A stretch of 36,763 nt of DNA from positions 1 through 36,763 of IMG/VR virus record IMGVR_UViG_3300045988_134073; one strand, given 5' to 3'. Position 1 is the first letter of the stretch; each line of letters begins with the position of its first letter. Below are positions 7,218 through 14,854 of the stretch, piece after piece. The position numbers were made by a program, and so were the translations under genes. Origin of the DNA: a virus. A model generated the notes under the pieces. The model did not search any database and was not told where the DNA came from. It was given only the letters and a program-made list of their open reading frames with translations.

Positions 7218-7895
7218 TTACCTAAAACTCTCGTTCCTGAATACAATGACGTGCATCATTTCGTTCATGCGGTCCACCAATCGCACGCCATACCGCTGGC
7301 GAAGCTCTTTCCCCGTTAGGTTGGTAGTGACGAGGGTGAAGAGGCCGCGAGCGTAGCGTGCCTCCAGTAGTTCGGTGATAGGCTCTATCACGTTGCCGTA
7401 GTCTACCACCTCGGCTGGCTCTGTGCCTACGTCGTCAATGGCTAACACACCGACGCTCATGAGGTGAACCTTCGCGGTCTTGTAAGTGGCAGCCACGGCA
7501 CGAGCCTCAACGAAGCGGACCGTATCGAGGCCGTACTGTGTGAACTCCGTTGGCAGCATACTTCGCGCCCTGAGCCATTCCACGGCATTCTGTATGGCCA
7601 ACGCCAAGGTGGTTTTACCATTGCCCGTTGTGCCACAGAATAGCAAACCATTCGGTTGCGCCCCTGTAAGGTGGCGGGCCACTTCGCCTACGATGCGTGT
7701 CGTGTCTTCGTCCATTTGCAGCGTGCGCCCTCTGCGCTCCACCTCCACTTCGTAGGCAGAGTAAAGCAGACAGTAAGCGTCTGCGACCGCCAGGGGAAGC
7801 CTAAAGGCGTGTGCTGTAGTCCGTTGCCGAAGTAGCTGCGACATCAACTCCTTTGCGTCGGGCAAGTGAACTTGCGTTGCTATTTTTCGTTCCAT
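7218..7895 (-). CDS. DnaC/IstB-like AAA+ helicase loader
   Basis: Walker A GTTGNGKTT, Walker B LAIDDVGTE and sensor motif LVTTNL. The start was chosen at MERKIATQ and overlaps the upstream ORF by about 95 nt. Confidence 0.8.
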   Translation of the reverse strand: MERKIATQVHLPDAKELMSQLLRQRTTAHAFRLPLAVADAYCLLYSAYEVEVERRGRTLQMDEDTTRIVGEVARHLTGAQPNGLLFCGTTGNGKTTLALAIQNAVEWLRARSMLPTEFTQYGLDTVRFVEARAVAATYKTAKVHLMSVGVLAIDDVGTEPAEVVDYGNVIEPITELLEARYARGLFTLVTTNLTGKELRQRYGVRLVDRMNEMMHVIVFRNESFR

Positions 7896-8706
7896 GAGTG
7901 TTGCGATTTTGTTGTTGCTGAATGCGAAGCCACGAAGTAAAGTGACGTTTGAGGTCGGTGAGGTCGTCGTGTTGTGCCTTGTCGTTGACGCGGCAGTCGA
8001 GCGCAAAGGCATCAAGCCATTCGCGTAGCTCGTCGCCGCTCAGGTGGTAGCGCATACGCACCAATTCACACCATGAAGCCTCAGCCATCAACGATGCCAA
8101 CAATCCCGTAAACGATGCTTCAACGTCTTCCGTCGTCGGTGATGACGGCAGCGCTTTTTCTACATCGTCTTTTTCTTTACTTTCCTTTACTTTACTTTGT
8201 GTACTTTCTTGCACACTTTTGTGCAGAAATGGTGCTTTCTTGCACAAGTTTGTACATTTATCGGCTTTTTTACCGAAGATTGGTGCATCTTTAGTCGAAC
8301 TTTCGACTATTCCAGTCGAATTTTCGTCTAAAAGGTTGTACGCTTCTATCGACGCTGCACGCCTACTATCTACACATATCTTTTTGTATCGTTCTTGAAT
8401 ACCTCTACTCGTCAGTACACCTTCCTCGTCAAGCATACGCCTATCTAACAACCCTAACGTAAGGCAGCTCTCTAAGACTTCTTGTATATACACCTCTCCA
8501 TACCCCGTTTGTTCCGAAATGATGAAGGGCAACTCTTTATCCCACGTCATGAAATACCCACTCTTGTAAATATAGCATAGCAGGAGAGCATATACTGCGA
8601 TCGCCTTACCACCGTTACGCCGAATTAACTTGCGTATCTTTATGTCCTGAAAAAAGTCTACTTCAAAGGGGAAGTAGTCTAAGCCCGACTTCTTCTGTCG
8701 GCTCAT
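7801..8706 (-). CDS. Replication initiation / replisome-organizer protein (DUF4373-like N-terminus)
   Basis: The N-terminus MSRQKKSGLDYFPFEVDFFQDIKIRKL is typical of Bacteroidota phage DnaD-like proteins. Lies upstream of the DnaC-like gene. Confidence 0.6.
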   Translation of the reverse strand: MSRQKKSGLDYFPFEVDFFQDIKIRKLIRRNGGKAIAVYALLLCYIYKSGYFMTWDKELPFIISEQTGYGEVYIQEVLESCLTLGLLDRRMLDEEGVLTSRGIQERYKKICVDSRRAASIEAYNLLDENSTGIVESSTKDAPIFGKKADKCTNLCKKAPFLHKSVQESTQSKVKESKEKDDVEKALPSSPTTEDVEASFTGLLASLMAEASWCELVRMRYHLSGDELREWLDAFALDCRVNDKAQHDDLTDLKRHFTSWLRIQQQQNRNTHGTKNSNASSLARRKGVDVAATSATDYSTRL

Positions 8707-8797
8707 AATTCGTGTGGTTTCGTATAAGGTCAATAAGTAGCACAACACTGCGGCCCTCTCTGTTGCATTCCTCTCACCACTTATTGGGGTGAGGCGG

Positions 8798-8901
8798 CCT
8801 CCTGTGTCATCGCCCGAGTTCGCATTGCAAGGATAGAAAGCTCATAGCGGCTTCCCCCCTCCTGTGTCATCCTCTTTCGTATTTGGACTGCGCATTGCAA
8901 G
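8798..8901. repeat. Iteron-like direct repeats (candidate ori or regulatory)
   Basis: cctcctgtgtcatc at 8798-8811 and 8858-8871. cgcattgcaag at 8821-8831 and 8891-8901. All within a 245-bp ORF-free gap upstream of the replication gene. Confidence 0.45.
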
Positions 8902-8993
8902 CTTCACACCTCACTCACTATATGTAAGCAATGGGGAAACAACTCACACCGCAGCGTCGTGCTTTAATGGTTGATAGTGTACAAACGGCTTAT

Positions 8994-9437
8994 TTACTCA
9001 TGGTCGCTCAGCACCTCAACGATAGGGGTAAGATTGATGCCTAACACCTCAAACTCGCTAAAGTCAGAGTCACTCATACACTTGACGAATGTCTCGTAAG
9101 CATCAAGCATGTTAGGAGACAGAACCAAGTAATCACGCTTAACGATGCGCTCTTTGCCTGTCTTCTCGTTGACGAGAAGGCCTTCACAACGTACCTTATA
9201 GATCTTATCGCCATTTAGAGAACCTACCCAAAAGGCTGCTATGTTGCGCTTCACACAAGCCTCCACACCTACGTCTTCGACACCATTATAAGCACATACT
9301 TTTTCAGTAGCACGCGACTCAGCCTCAGCGAAAGTGGCGGCACGCACCAACCACGTCTCCTTCATGTTGGTCTTCTCTCCTTTTTCGGTCACACCGTCAT
9401 AACTGACGCGTACCTCTACCCAAAATCTTCTGTTCAT
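8994..9437 (-). CDS. DUF4494-like protein
   Basis: The pattern W.E.+V.Y....K..E.WLV.A..F.EAE.R resembles Bacteroidota DUF4494 proteins, from memory. Confidence 0.45.
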   Translation of the reverse strand: MNRRFWVEVRVSYDGVTEKGEKTNMKETWLVRAATFAEAESRATEKVCAYNGVEDVGVEACVKRNIAAFWVGSLNGDKIYKVRCEGLLVNEKTGKERIVKRDYLVLSPNMLDAYETFVKCMSDSDFSEFEVLGINLTPIVEVLSDHE

Positions 9438-9470
9438 AATTTTCCGTTTTCGTTAATAAAATGGTTGAGT

Positions 9471-9647
9471 GAGGAGTGTGGGAGTCGAACCCACTAATGT
9501 GCGATTGTTTCGAAGCTTATCCACTGCACGCCCAATAACCCAAAACCAACTTCATGCAGCAGACGACGATACCTCTCTTTGCCGCCTATCCGATTAACGG
9601 CCTATACTCCTCGTCTTTTCCATTACTATTCTCACGAACCGTAATGG
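9471..9647 (-). ncRNA. tRNA-like RNA unit 1 (142-nt body plus 5' hairpin)
   Basis: 7-bp acceptor gaggagt/actcctc, D-loop GTTAATCGGATAG and T-arm gtggg-TTCGACT-cccac, with about 87 nt between the D and T arms. The 5' hairpin is at 9620-9647. Confidence 0.5.
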
Positions 9648-9690
9648 AAATACAATCTTAATAATCTAACTACCTTATTCACACGAATGC

Positions 9691-9815
9691 AACGCGGTCG
9701 GGAGTTGAACCCGACTAACGGCCTAAGCGCCTCAGCCTATTAGTGAGCGCGGTCTATCCGATTAACCACCTATCGCGTTATATTGACTATTCTATTCCTC
9801 ACGAACCGAATAGTC
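9691..9815 (-). ncRNA. tRNA-like RNA unit 2 (89-nt body plus 5' hairpin)
   Basis: Acceptor aacgcg/cgcgtt, the same D-loop as unit 1, and T-arm tcggg-TTCAACT-cccga. The anticodon loop is a non-canonical 9 nt (CTAATAGGC) and the variable region is long. The 5' hairpin is at 9785-9815. Confidence 0.5.
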
Positions 9816-9913
9816 CCACTCATTCTATGAATGAATTAGAAGCCCATGGTCAGCGCGTGACGGGGCATACAATTAGAACTTTATAAATCATGAGTAAAAC
9901 CATTTCACACCTT

Positions 9914-10291
9914 TCATTCACCCGCCTTGGCCATTATCCAGCGCGCTATCTTGATTTTGATAGAGTTCTCACCCTTAGCACGCTCCGTATCGGCATAGAG
10001 GTCGTCACTATAAGGCGAAGCGCACGCCCAGCGGCTGCAATACGTCATCAAGGAGATGAGCGCGTCAGTCTCGTCGCCACTCTCCTTGTAAGCCGCCAAA
10101 ATAGATGCAACACAATGGAGAGCATAGTCCATTCCTGCTTGCTCGTAGGTGTAGTCCCTTACCAGGTCAGGGAATTTGCAGCGCTTCTCAACACCGACGA
10201 TGTAAAGCCTAAAGTCGATTAGCAATAGGTGCAAATCCTTGTTGTGGCGCTTTATCCTTTCTACGTATTCATGTACGTCTCCTTTATCCAT
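9914..10291 (-). CDS. Hypothetical protein
   Basis: 125-aa ORF in the early operon. Confidence 0.45.
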   Translation of the reverse strand: MDKGDVHEYVERIKRHNKDLHLLLIDFRLYIVGVEKRCKFPDLVRDYTYEQAGMDYALHCVASILAAYKESGDETDALISLMTYCSRWACASPYSDDLYADTERAKGENSIKIKIARWIMAKAGE

Positions 10292-10320
10292 ATACTTACC
10301 AATCTTTAAAAGTTAACATA

Positions 10321-10647
10321 TTAACGACCGTCGTAACGCTTACGCATCGCGCGCGTTTCCTCCTCGCGCTGCATCTTCCGCTCGGTGTACTCCTTCACCA
10401 TTTCAGCTTCGTCCCAATCGGGGTGTTCCTGGCTCATGGCGTAGTAAGTACCATTGTTCTTCATTTCGTTCAACACCGCGTCCTCGTAATCCATACGGCT
10501 GGCGTAATAAAAACCCGTCAGCACAACGGCTGCACAGGCCGCACACTTCGCCACCTTCAGCGCTTTATCTAAAATGTTCATATCGTTTTCCGTTTTTAGT
10601 TTGTTTGTTGTTTTGTCGTTTTGTTGTTTTCTCGTTTCTTTCGCCAT
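10321..10647 (-). CDS. Hypothetical membrane protein
   Basis: 108 aa with one TM segment (AACAAVVLTGFYY). Confidence 0.45.
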   Translation of the reverse strand: MAKETRKQQNDKTTNKLKTENDMNILDKALKVAKCAACAAVVLTGFYYASRMDYEDAVLNEMKNNGTYYAMSQEHPDWDEAEMVKEYTERKMQREEETRAMRKRYDGR

Positions 10648-10829
10648 TCATCAACATCGCCATTCAGCACACCGCAACCGCTTGCAGCATTCAGCCCTCA
10701 GCCGTTCTACATGTGCCGCTGCACACACCCCAAGGGCCGCCTCCTGACGCTTCGCTCACAGCATTACCACTGTTCGCGCTTCTGCTTGGCTCTTTTGTCG
10801 TTTTGTTTCTTGCTCTTGCGCTTGCAGCG

Positions 10830-11027
10830 TCACAACTGCTCGCTCCAAATTCTTTTTAATTCCTTACCAGTTACAAACATTCGTCCGTTCAGATTTCTGA
10901 ACCCTACGTTCACGCGCCCGGCATATATCCAACGCCGCAAAGTGCAACGCGCAACGCCCAAAATCTTTGCCGCGTCGCTCATGCCATAGCGGCCCGAGTC
11001 GACAACCCTTGGTTCTTCTGTCGTCAT
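10830..11027 (-). CDS. Excisionase-family / MerR-like HTH protein (Cro or Xis candidate)
   Basis: YGMSDAAKILGVARCTLRRWIYAGRV... Confidence 0.6.
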   Translation of the reverse strand: MTTEEPRVVDSGRYGMSDAAKILGVARCTLRRWIYAGRVNVGFRNLNGRMFVTGKELKRIWSEQL

Positions 11028-11039
11028 AACTTTTTCGTA

Positions 11040-11276
11040 TTATTTTGTATCACCACTCACGACCTTGCGAGTCACTTCGTAAAACTTCCGCCCACGTTCG
11101 TCAGTCACTACCCTACTCTTCCACTCTTCTTTGCCAGTCTGAGCATTCAATCTCTTCTTCGCCTGATACAGCCCTTGCGGAGACACGCCCTGAAAATCCA
11201 ATCGGATACTATCACCCATCTCCATTTTGCGCAACGTTGCCGTAACACTCGGAAGCCTTATTAATCCTTTTTTCAT
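11040..11276 (-). CDS. Hypothetical protein, first gene of the leftward early operon
   Basis: 78-aa ORF divergent from the repressor gene. Confidence 0.45.
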   Translation of the reverse strand: MKKGLIRLPSVTATLRKMEMGDSIRLDFQGVSPQGLYQAKKRLNAQTGKEEWKSRVVTDERGRKFYEVTRKVVSGDTK

Positions 11277-11291
11277 ACCCTTTTGCTTGTA

Positions 11292-11314
11292 AACATAACA
11301 TCGATTCTTTACAT
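11292..11314. repeat. Left copy of the 23-bp perfect inverted repeat flanking the repressor cassette
   Basis: aacataacatcgattctttacat is the reverse complement of 11871-11893. Confidence 0.9.
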
Positions 11315-11344
11315 TTGCAGTTTAAACAACATTTATTGCGTTCG

Positions 11345-11359
11345 GTAAACATTGTTTAC
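11345..11359. promoter_or_regulatory. 15-bp palindrome gtaaaca-t-tgtttac (candidate operator)
   Basis: Perfect palindrome in the divergent promoter region. The half-site gtaaaca recurs at 11289. Confidence 0.5.
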
Positions 11360-11444
11360 GAGTGCGAAGATATAATAAATTGCAAACATAAACCAAACGT
11401 TTTTGCGTTTATTTAGGCATTTTGCGACATTTAGACCAATAAAA

Positions 11445-11861
11445 ATGAATAATAAAGAAAAATTAGAACAGTTAGTGCTGCAATATGCGCATGGTAATCA
11501 AACGCTATTTGCCAGACTTTTAAACGTGCGTCAGAGCACAGTATCCACATGGAAGGCACGAGAGACCTTAGATTTTGTACGTATCAAGCAACGTTTCCCA
11601 CAAGTTGATGGTAATTGGCTGCTTACAGGGGAGGGGGACATGCTTTTACCTGAGGACAATAGTACTTCGGTAAATGTTAGTGGAAACCATAACAACCTAC
11701 AGGGAATGCTTGTGAATAGCCAAAGTATCGATAAAAGCGAGTCTTTTTTGACGTCGGATGCTGCCTCCGACGTGGCTTTTTTGCAGAAAGAAAACGAGTA
11801 TCTAAAGAAACTTATAGAAGAAAAAGAAAGACTTATAAAGGTCCTTTTGGCGGGACATTAG
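11445..11861 (+). CDS. CI-like repressor (N-terminal HTH)
   Basis: Start trimmed to MNNKEKLEQL. HTH is NQTLFARLLNVRQSTVSTWK. One of only two credible plus-strand genes, and it is divergent from the early operon. Confidence 0.7.
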   Translation: MNNKEKLEQLVLQYAHGNQTLFARLLNVRQSTVSTWKARETLDFVRIKQRFPQVDGNWLLTGEGDMLLPEDNSTSVNVSGNHNNLQGMLVNSQSIDKSESFLTSDAASDVAFLQKENEYLKKLIEEKERLIKVLLAGH

Positions 11862-11870
11862 TCCCCCAAA

Positions 11871-11893
11871 ATGTAAAGAATCGATGTTATGTT
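11871..11893. repeat. Right copy of the 23-bp inverted repeat
   Basis: atgtaaagaatcgatgttatgtt, 10 nt after the repressor stop codon. Confidence 0.9.
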
Positions 11894-11919
11894 AAATAAC
11901 GCATGTAAATACACACAAA

Positions 11920-11952
11920 GCACCCCACTAACGGCTTGCGTTAGTGGGGTGC
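11920..11952 (+). terminator. Hairpin terminator after the repressor gene
   Basis: 14-bp stem gcaccccactaacg / cgttagtggggtgc followed by tttg. Confidence 0.6.
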
Positions 11953-11997
11953 TTTGCAATATGCGAACACCACCCCCCAAAATACGATGAAACCGAC

Positions 11998-12025
11998 AAA
12001 AAAAGCCCCCCACTCACGTGGGAGG
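11998..12025 (-). terminator. Intrinsic terminator of hicAB
   Basis: The minus strand reads cctcccac-gtga-gtgggggg followed by cttttttt. Confidence 0.65.
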
Positions 12026-12057
12026 CATGCAAAACAAAAAGCATAACGCTTTAATTT

Positions 12058-12471
12058 CTATTTTAAAGACAACAAAGCTTCACCTATACGGTGCAAACCT
12101 TCAACAATACGCGCTCGCTGCTTGTCACGAGGCACTTTTAGCCCCGTTACATAATGCGTCAGCAAAGCTTGATTAATGCCAGTAGCATGAGCAACGGCCG
12201 CAAATGTTGTGTACTGCAAACAACAACGCAACAAAGCGGCAGCACCTAAATCCACCTCAAACTCATACACACCACACTTCAACCATTCTGGCAAGTCATC
12301 ACCATCAGCCACAACGCCTTCAACATGTTCGACAATAGCATCACGCAAATCGCTCATTAACTTTTCATAAGTCGAAGCCGTTACTAACACCATGCCACAC
12401 AAACGAGCATCATCTGTCACCGCTGCAAAATTCTTATCACTCCAATCCACCTTTACCTTTATCTTTTCCAT
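12058..12471 (-). CDS. hicB: HicB-family antitoxin with C-terminal HTH
   Basis: Immediately downstream of hicA. HTH is FAAVAHATGINQALLTHYVTGLKVP. Confidence 0.7.
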   Translation of the reverse strand: MEKIKVKVDWSDKNFAAVTDDARLCGMVLVTASTYEKLMSDLRDAIVEHVEGVVADGDDLPEWLKCGVYEFEVDLGAAALLRCCLQYTTFAAVAHATGINQALLTHYVTGLKVPRDKQRARIVEGLHRIGEALLSLK

Positions 12472-12536
12472 ACTTTTAAAAGTCTTATATATTCTAAGGT
12501 TATGGAAAGGTTCAACCCCCTTCCATACCTTTTAAT

Positions 12537-12737
12537 TTACTTTCTCCAACCAGCTTGTCGCCAAATGCTTAGAAGGAGAAAATCGTTAAGCGTTTCACTC
12601 ATCTTACCTCTTACAGTTACTTTACCCTTCTTCGTGGGGTGCTTGAACTGTCGGTGATCGCCATGATTGGCCTTAATTTCTACCCAGCCTTCCTTTTTCA
12701 GCAGCTGAATAACTTCTCTTACTTTCAATTTATTCAT
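12537..12737 (-). CDS. hicA: HicA-family mRNA interferase toxin
   Basis: Start trimmed to MNKLKVREVIQLLKKEGW. Contains HGDHRQFKHP, matching the HicA pattern G(S/D)H....HP. Confidence 0.8.
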   Translation of the reverse strand: MNKLKVREVIQLLKKEGWVEIKANHGDHRQFKHPTKKGKVTVRGKMSETLNDFLLLSIWRQAGWRK

Positions 12738-12762
12738 GCGCGTTCCTTTCTGTTTTGCATTA

Positions 12763-12794
12763 CAAAGGTAATAAAATTTATACTTATAGCCAAA
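12763..12794 (-). promoter_or_regulatory. Bacteroides-type promoter of hicAB
   Basis: The minus strand reads TTTG-N20-TACCTTTG, 25 nt upstream of the hicA ATG. Confidence 0.6.
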
Positions 12795-12823
12795 CATTTT
12801 TGGCCATAAAGATATAAAAAACT

Positions 12824-14095
12824 TTACCCCCTTACATAATCAATCACGCGCCTCACGGCTTCATCTACCTTCTTAGCGTTTCGCCTTATATATATGTCGG
12901 CCATTGGATAGGGCGACTTGTGACCTAAAGCAGCATCTATCACTGCATCAGGCACGTCAAGTTCTGAGGCCAACGTTGCCCACGTGTGGCGCGCCCAATA
13001 GGAGGTAAGATCGGGAAACAAACCGCTATACACTTTCACCCGTTCTTTCGCCCGTTTGCCCTTATGCTTTACGTACACATAACACGACGGACCAACACGT
13101 TGCAGCCCGTCATTCACGTTACGAAGGAAACCCTTCCACGCCTCAACGCCACCGCTCAAACGCTCGCCAAAATAAAGCAAACGTTTCACCCCCTTATAAC
13201 GCTCAATAATCTCCAGCGCTTCAGGTGGAACCGTCAGCCGACACACAACCCCCGTTTTGCTCCGCCTGTATTCAATCACGCCACTCTCATTCAGCGGAGG
13301 CAACTCCATGAGGTCAATCATATTAATGCCCGCCAGATAAAACGAAAGCATAAAAAGGTCGACATACCTCTTTTGCCACTCTTCGCAAGGGTAACGCATC
13401 AACCGCCTCAAATCCTCCAACCTTAGCGAGCGTTTCATCGTTTCCTCCTTCTTTATCTTAAATCGCCTAAAAGGATACATTTCGGCCGGTATCACCTCTT
13501 CATCTATTGCAGCATTAAACACGGCACGAATATTGCGAAAGTGTATGCCCCGCGTGTTCGTGCTGCAGGTGTCAGCCATCCAAACCTCAAAATCCTTCAG
13601 CCACCCCACCGTCACATCTTTAAAGCACAACTCCTCCAACTTACAAAACTTCCTCAACTTCTGTAAAGTCATTTTATACACGCCCGCCGTTCTTTCCTTC
13701 TTACACCGACTCACAAACGTTTCAGCAAACGGCAAAAAACGCGCTTCCTCCTGTTTCTCCTCTCCAACGGCCTCACCCCCATTCCCATTCAACTCCAGCC
13801 GATCGAGCAAAGCCGCCTTAATCTCGCTTGCCCTCATTGCTTGAACATCATTAAAGCACGCCACCTCTTCAACAGTCAATTGCACCTTTGCCATTTTCAG
13901 TCGCAGCAACTGCGTCAGCTGTGCCGCCATGGGCGCGCCCACCACCCTACCGTTCACAAACTCTCCCTCGCGCAACATCACCCCCGTGCTCAGCATTGCC
14001 GACGTTCCACGATTGTAAATAACGATACAAAGCCGCCCTTTCCCTTGTTCGTCCTTACGCCTTAAATCTAAATACCACTTTAATTTATATGCCAT
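12824..14095 (-). CDS. int: Tyrosine integrase (Bacteroidota type with N-terminal arm-binding domain)
   Basis: 423 aa. Catalytic-region motifs ARHTWAT, LGH and DIYIRR. Adjacent to attP. Confidence 0.9.
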   Translation of the reverse strand: MAYKLKWYLDLRRKDEQGKGRLCIVIYNRGTSAMLSTGVMLREGEFVNGRVVGAPMAAQLTQLLRLKMAKVQLTVEEVACFNDVQAMRASEIKAALLDRLELNGNGGEAVGEEKQEEARFLPFAETFVSRCKKERTAGVYKMTLQKLRKFCKLEELCFKDVTVGWLKDFEVWMADTCSTNTRGIHFRNIRAVFNAAIDEEVIPAEMYPFRRFKIKKEETMKRSLRLEDLRRLMRYPCEEWQKRYVDLFMLSFYLAGINMIDLMELPPLNESGVIEYRRSKTGVVCRLTVPPEALEIIERYKGVKRLLYFGERLSGGVEAWKGFLRNVNDGLQRVGPSCYVYVKHKGKRAKERVKVYSGLFPDLTSYWARHTWATLASELDVPDAVIDAALGHKSPYPMADIYIRRNAKKVDEAVRRVIDYVRG

Positions 14096-14118
14096 TACCT
14101 ACATTTTTAACCCTTTTT

Positions 14119-14139
14119 GCTCACAAATAGCTCACAAAA
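14119..14139. repeat. attP arm-type repeat P (gctcacaaatagctcacaaaa)
   Basis: 21-bp perfect direct repeat of 14374-14394. Internally it is two tandem copies of gctcacaaa. Confidence 0.75.
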
Positions 14140-14212
14140 ACGATACAAAATAAGCCAAAAACGGCCAAAATGAGGCCAAAATGCGGTAAAAAAACGAGTA
14201 ACAACAAACAAT

Positions 14213-14259
14213 AAAACCGCTGATTACCAAGCCTTAACAACTTGATAATCAGCGGTTTT
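14213..14259 (-). terminator. Hairpin downstream of the tRNA fragment
   Basis: 14-bp stem aaaaccgctgatta / taatcagcggtttt. It would follow the reconstituted tRNA after integration. Confidence 0.55.
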
Positions 14260-14266
14260 CCTTATG

Positions 14267-14319
14267 TCGGGGCGACGGGATTCGAACCCACGACCCCCTG
14301 CTCCCAAAGCAGGTGCGCG
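14267..14319 (-). tRNA. Partial tRNA-Pro(UGG), 3' 53 nt only; attP core
   Basis: The minus strand reads cgcgca-cctgc-TTTGGGA-gcagg-gggtc-gtggg-TTCGAAT-cccgt-cgccccg-a. That covers the anticodon arm, T-arm and 3' acceptor strand. There is no 5' half. Confidence 0.85.
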
Positions 14320-14373
14320 ATTGTGTATAATGTATTGATTATCATATACTTTTAGAATTTGGCTTTGTTTGCT

Positions 14374-14394
14374 GCTCACAAATAGCTCACAAAA
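14374..14394. repeat. attP arm-type repeat P'
   Basis: Identical 21-mer on the other side of the core. Confidence 0.75.
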
Positions 14395-14557
14395 TGGGAG
14401 GAGGGGAATACAAAAAAGTCCTTACACGGAGAGGGGTAAGAGCGTATGTTATATGCGTGCTGGGTAGCAAAGAGCCTCACACTTAATAGCATGAGGCTCT
14501 AACTTGCACCTATCAGCCATAGGTGGCTTGTGTATTAAAAAAGTAATGAATGGCTGA

Positions 14558-14800
14558 TTATAATTTTTCGGCTGTTTTGCGTATTCGCTCGGAAAGATTG
14601 ATTAATGACTCTTTGAAAAGTTCTAATTCTTCAGGAGTGAAACCACCAATGCCACCGTTGCCGTCAATTCCGTCCATTTTGTGGTAAAACCATGAAGACG
14701 AACGTTGGAAGTATCGGTTGCTAAAGTCTAACCAAGAAACGCTCATTAATATATCGTTGCAGCGTTCTTTCATATTTGTTATTAAAGCATTCTTTTCCAT
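14558..14800 (-). CDS. Hypothetical protein (possibly DUF5053-like)
   Basis: Start trimmed to MEKNALITNMK. AT-rich gene with its own terminators on both sides. Confidence 0.45.
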   Translation of the reverse strand: MEKNALITNMKERCNDILMSVSWLDFSNRYFQRSSSWFYHKMDGIDGNGGIGGFTPEELELFKESLINLSERIRKTAEKL

Positions 14801-14816
14801 ATATTTATATGTGTAG

Positions 14817-14846
14817 AAAAACCCGCCCACTTCTTGAGCGGGTTTT
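14817..14846 (-). terminator. Intrinsic terminator
   Basis: The minus strand reads aaaacccgc-N11-gcgggttttt. Confidence 0.7.
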
Positions 14847-14854
14847 CTTGATTT

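Noticed and set aside
10605-10989. Plus-strand ORFs (84 and 122 aa) in and around the 10648-10829 gap.
   Set aside because: They have low-complexity, proline/leucine-rich translations that overlap the minus-strand HTH gene. I also found no convincing short minus-strand ORF in the gap, so it is left unannotated.
14267-14319. A complete phage-encoded tRNA-Pro gene.
   Set aside because: Only the 3' 53 nt are present. The sequence 5' of it cannot form the acceptor or D arm. It fits an attP core.
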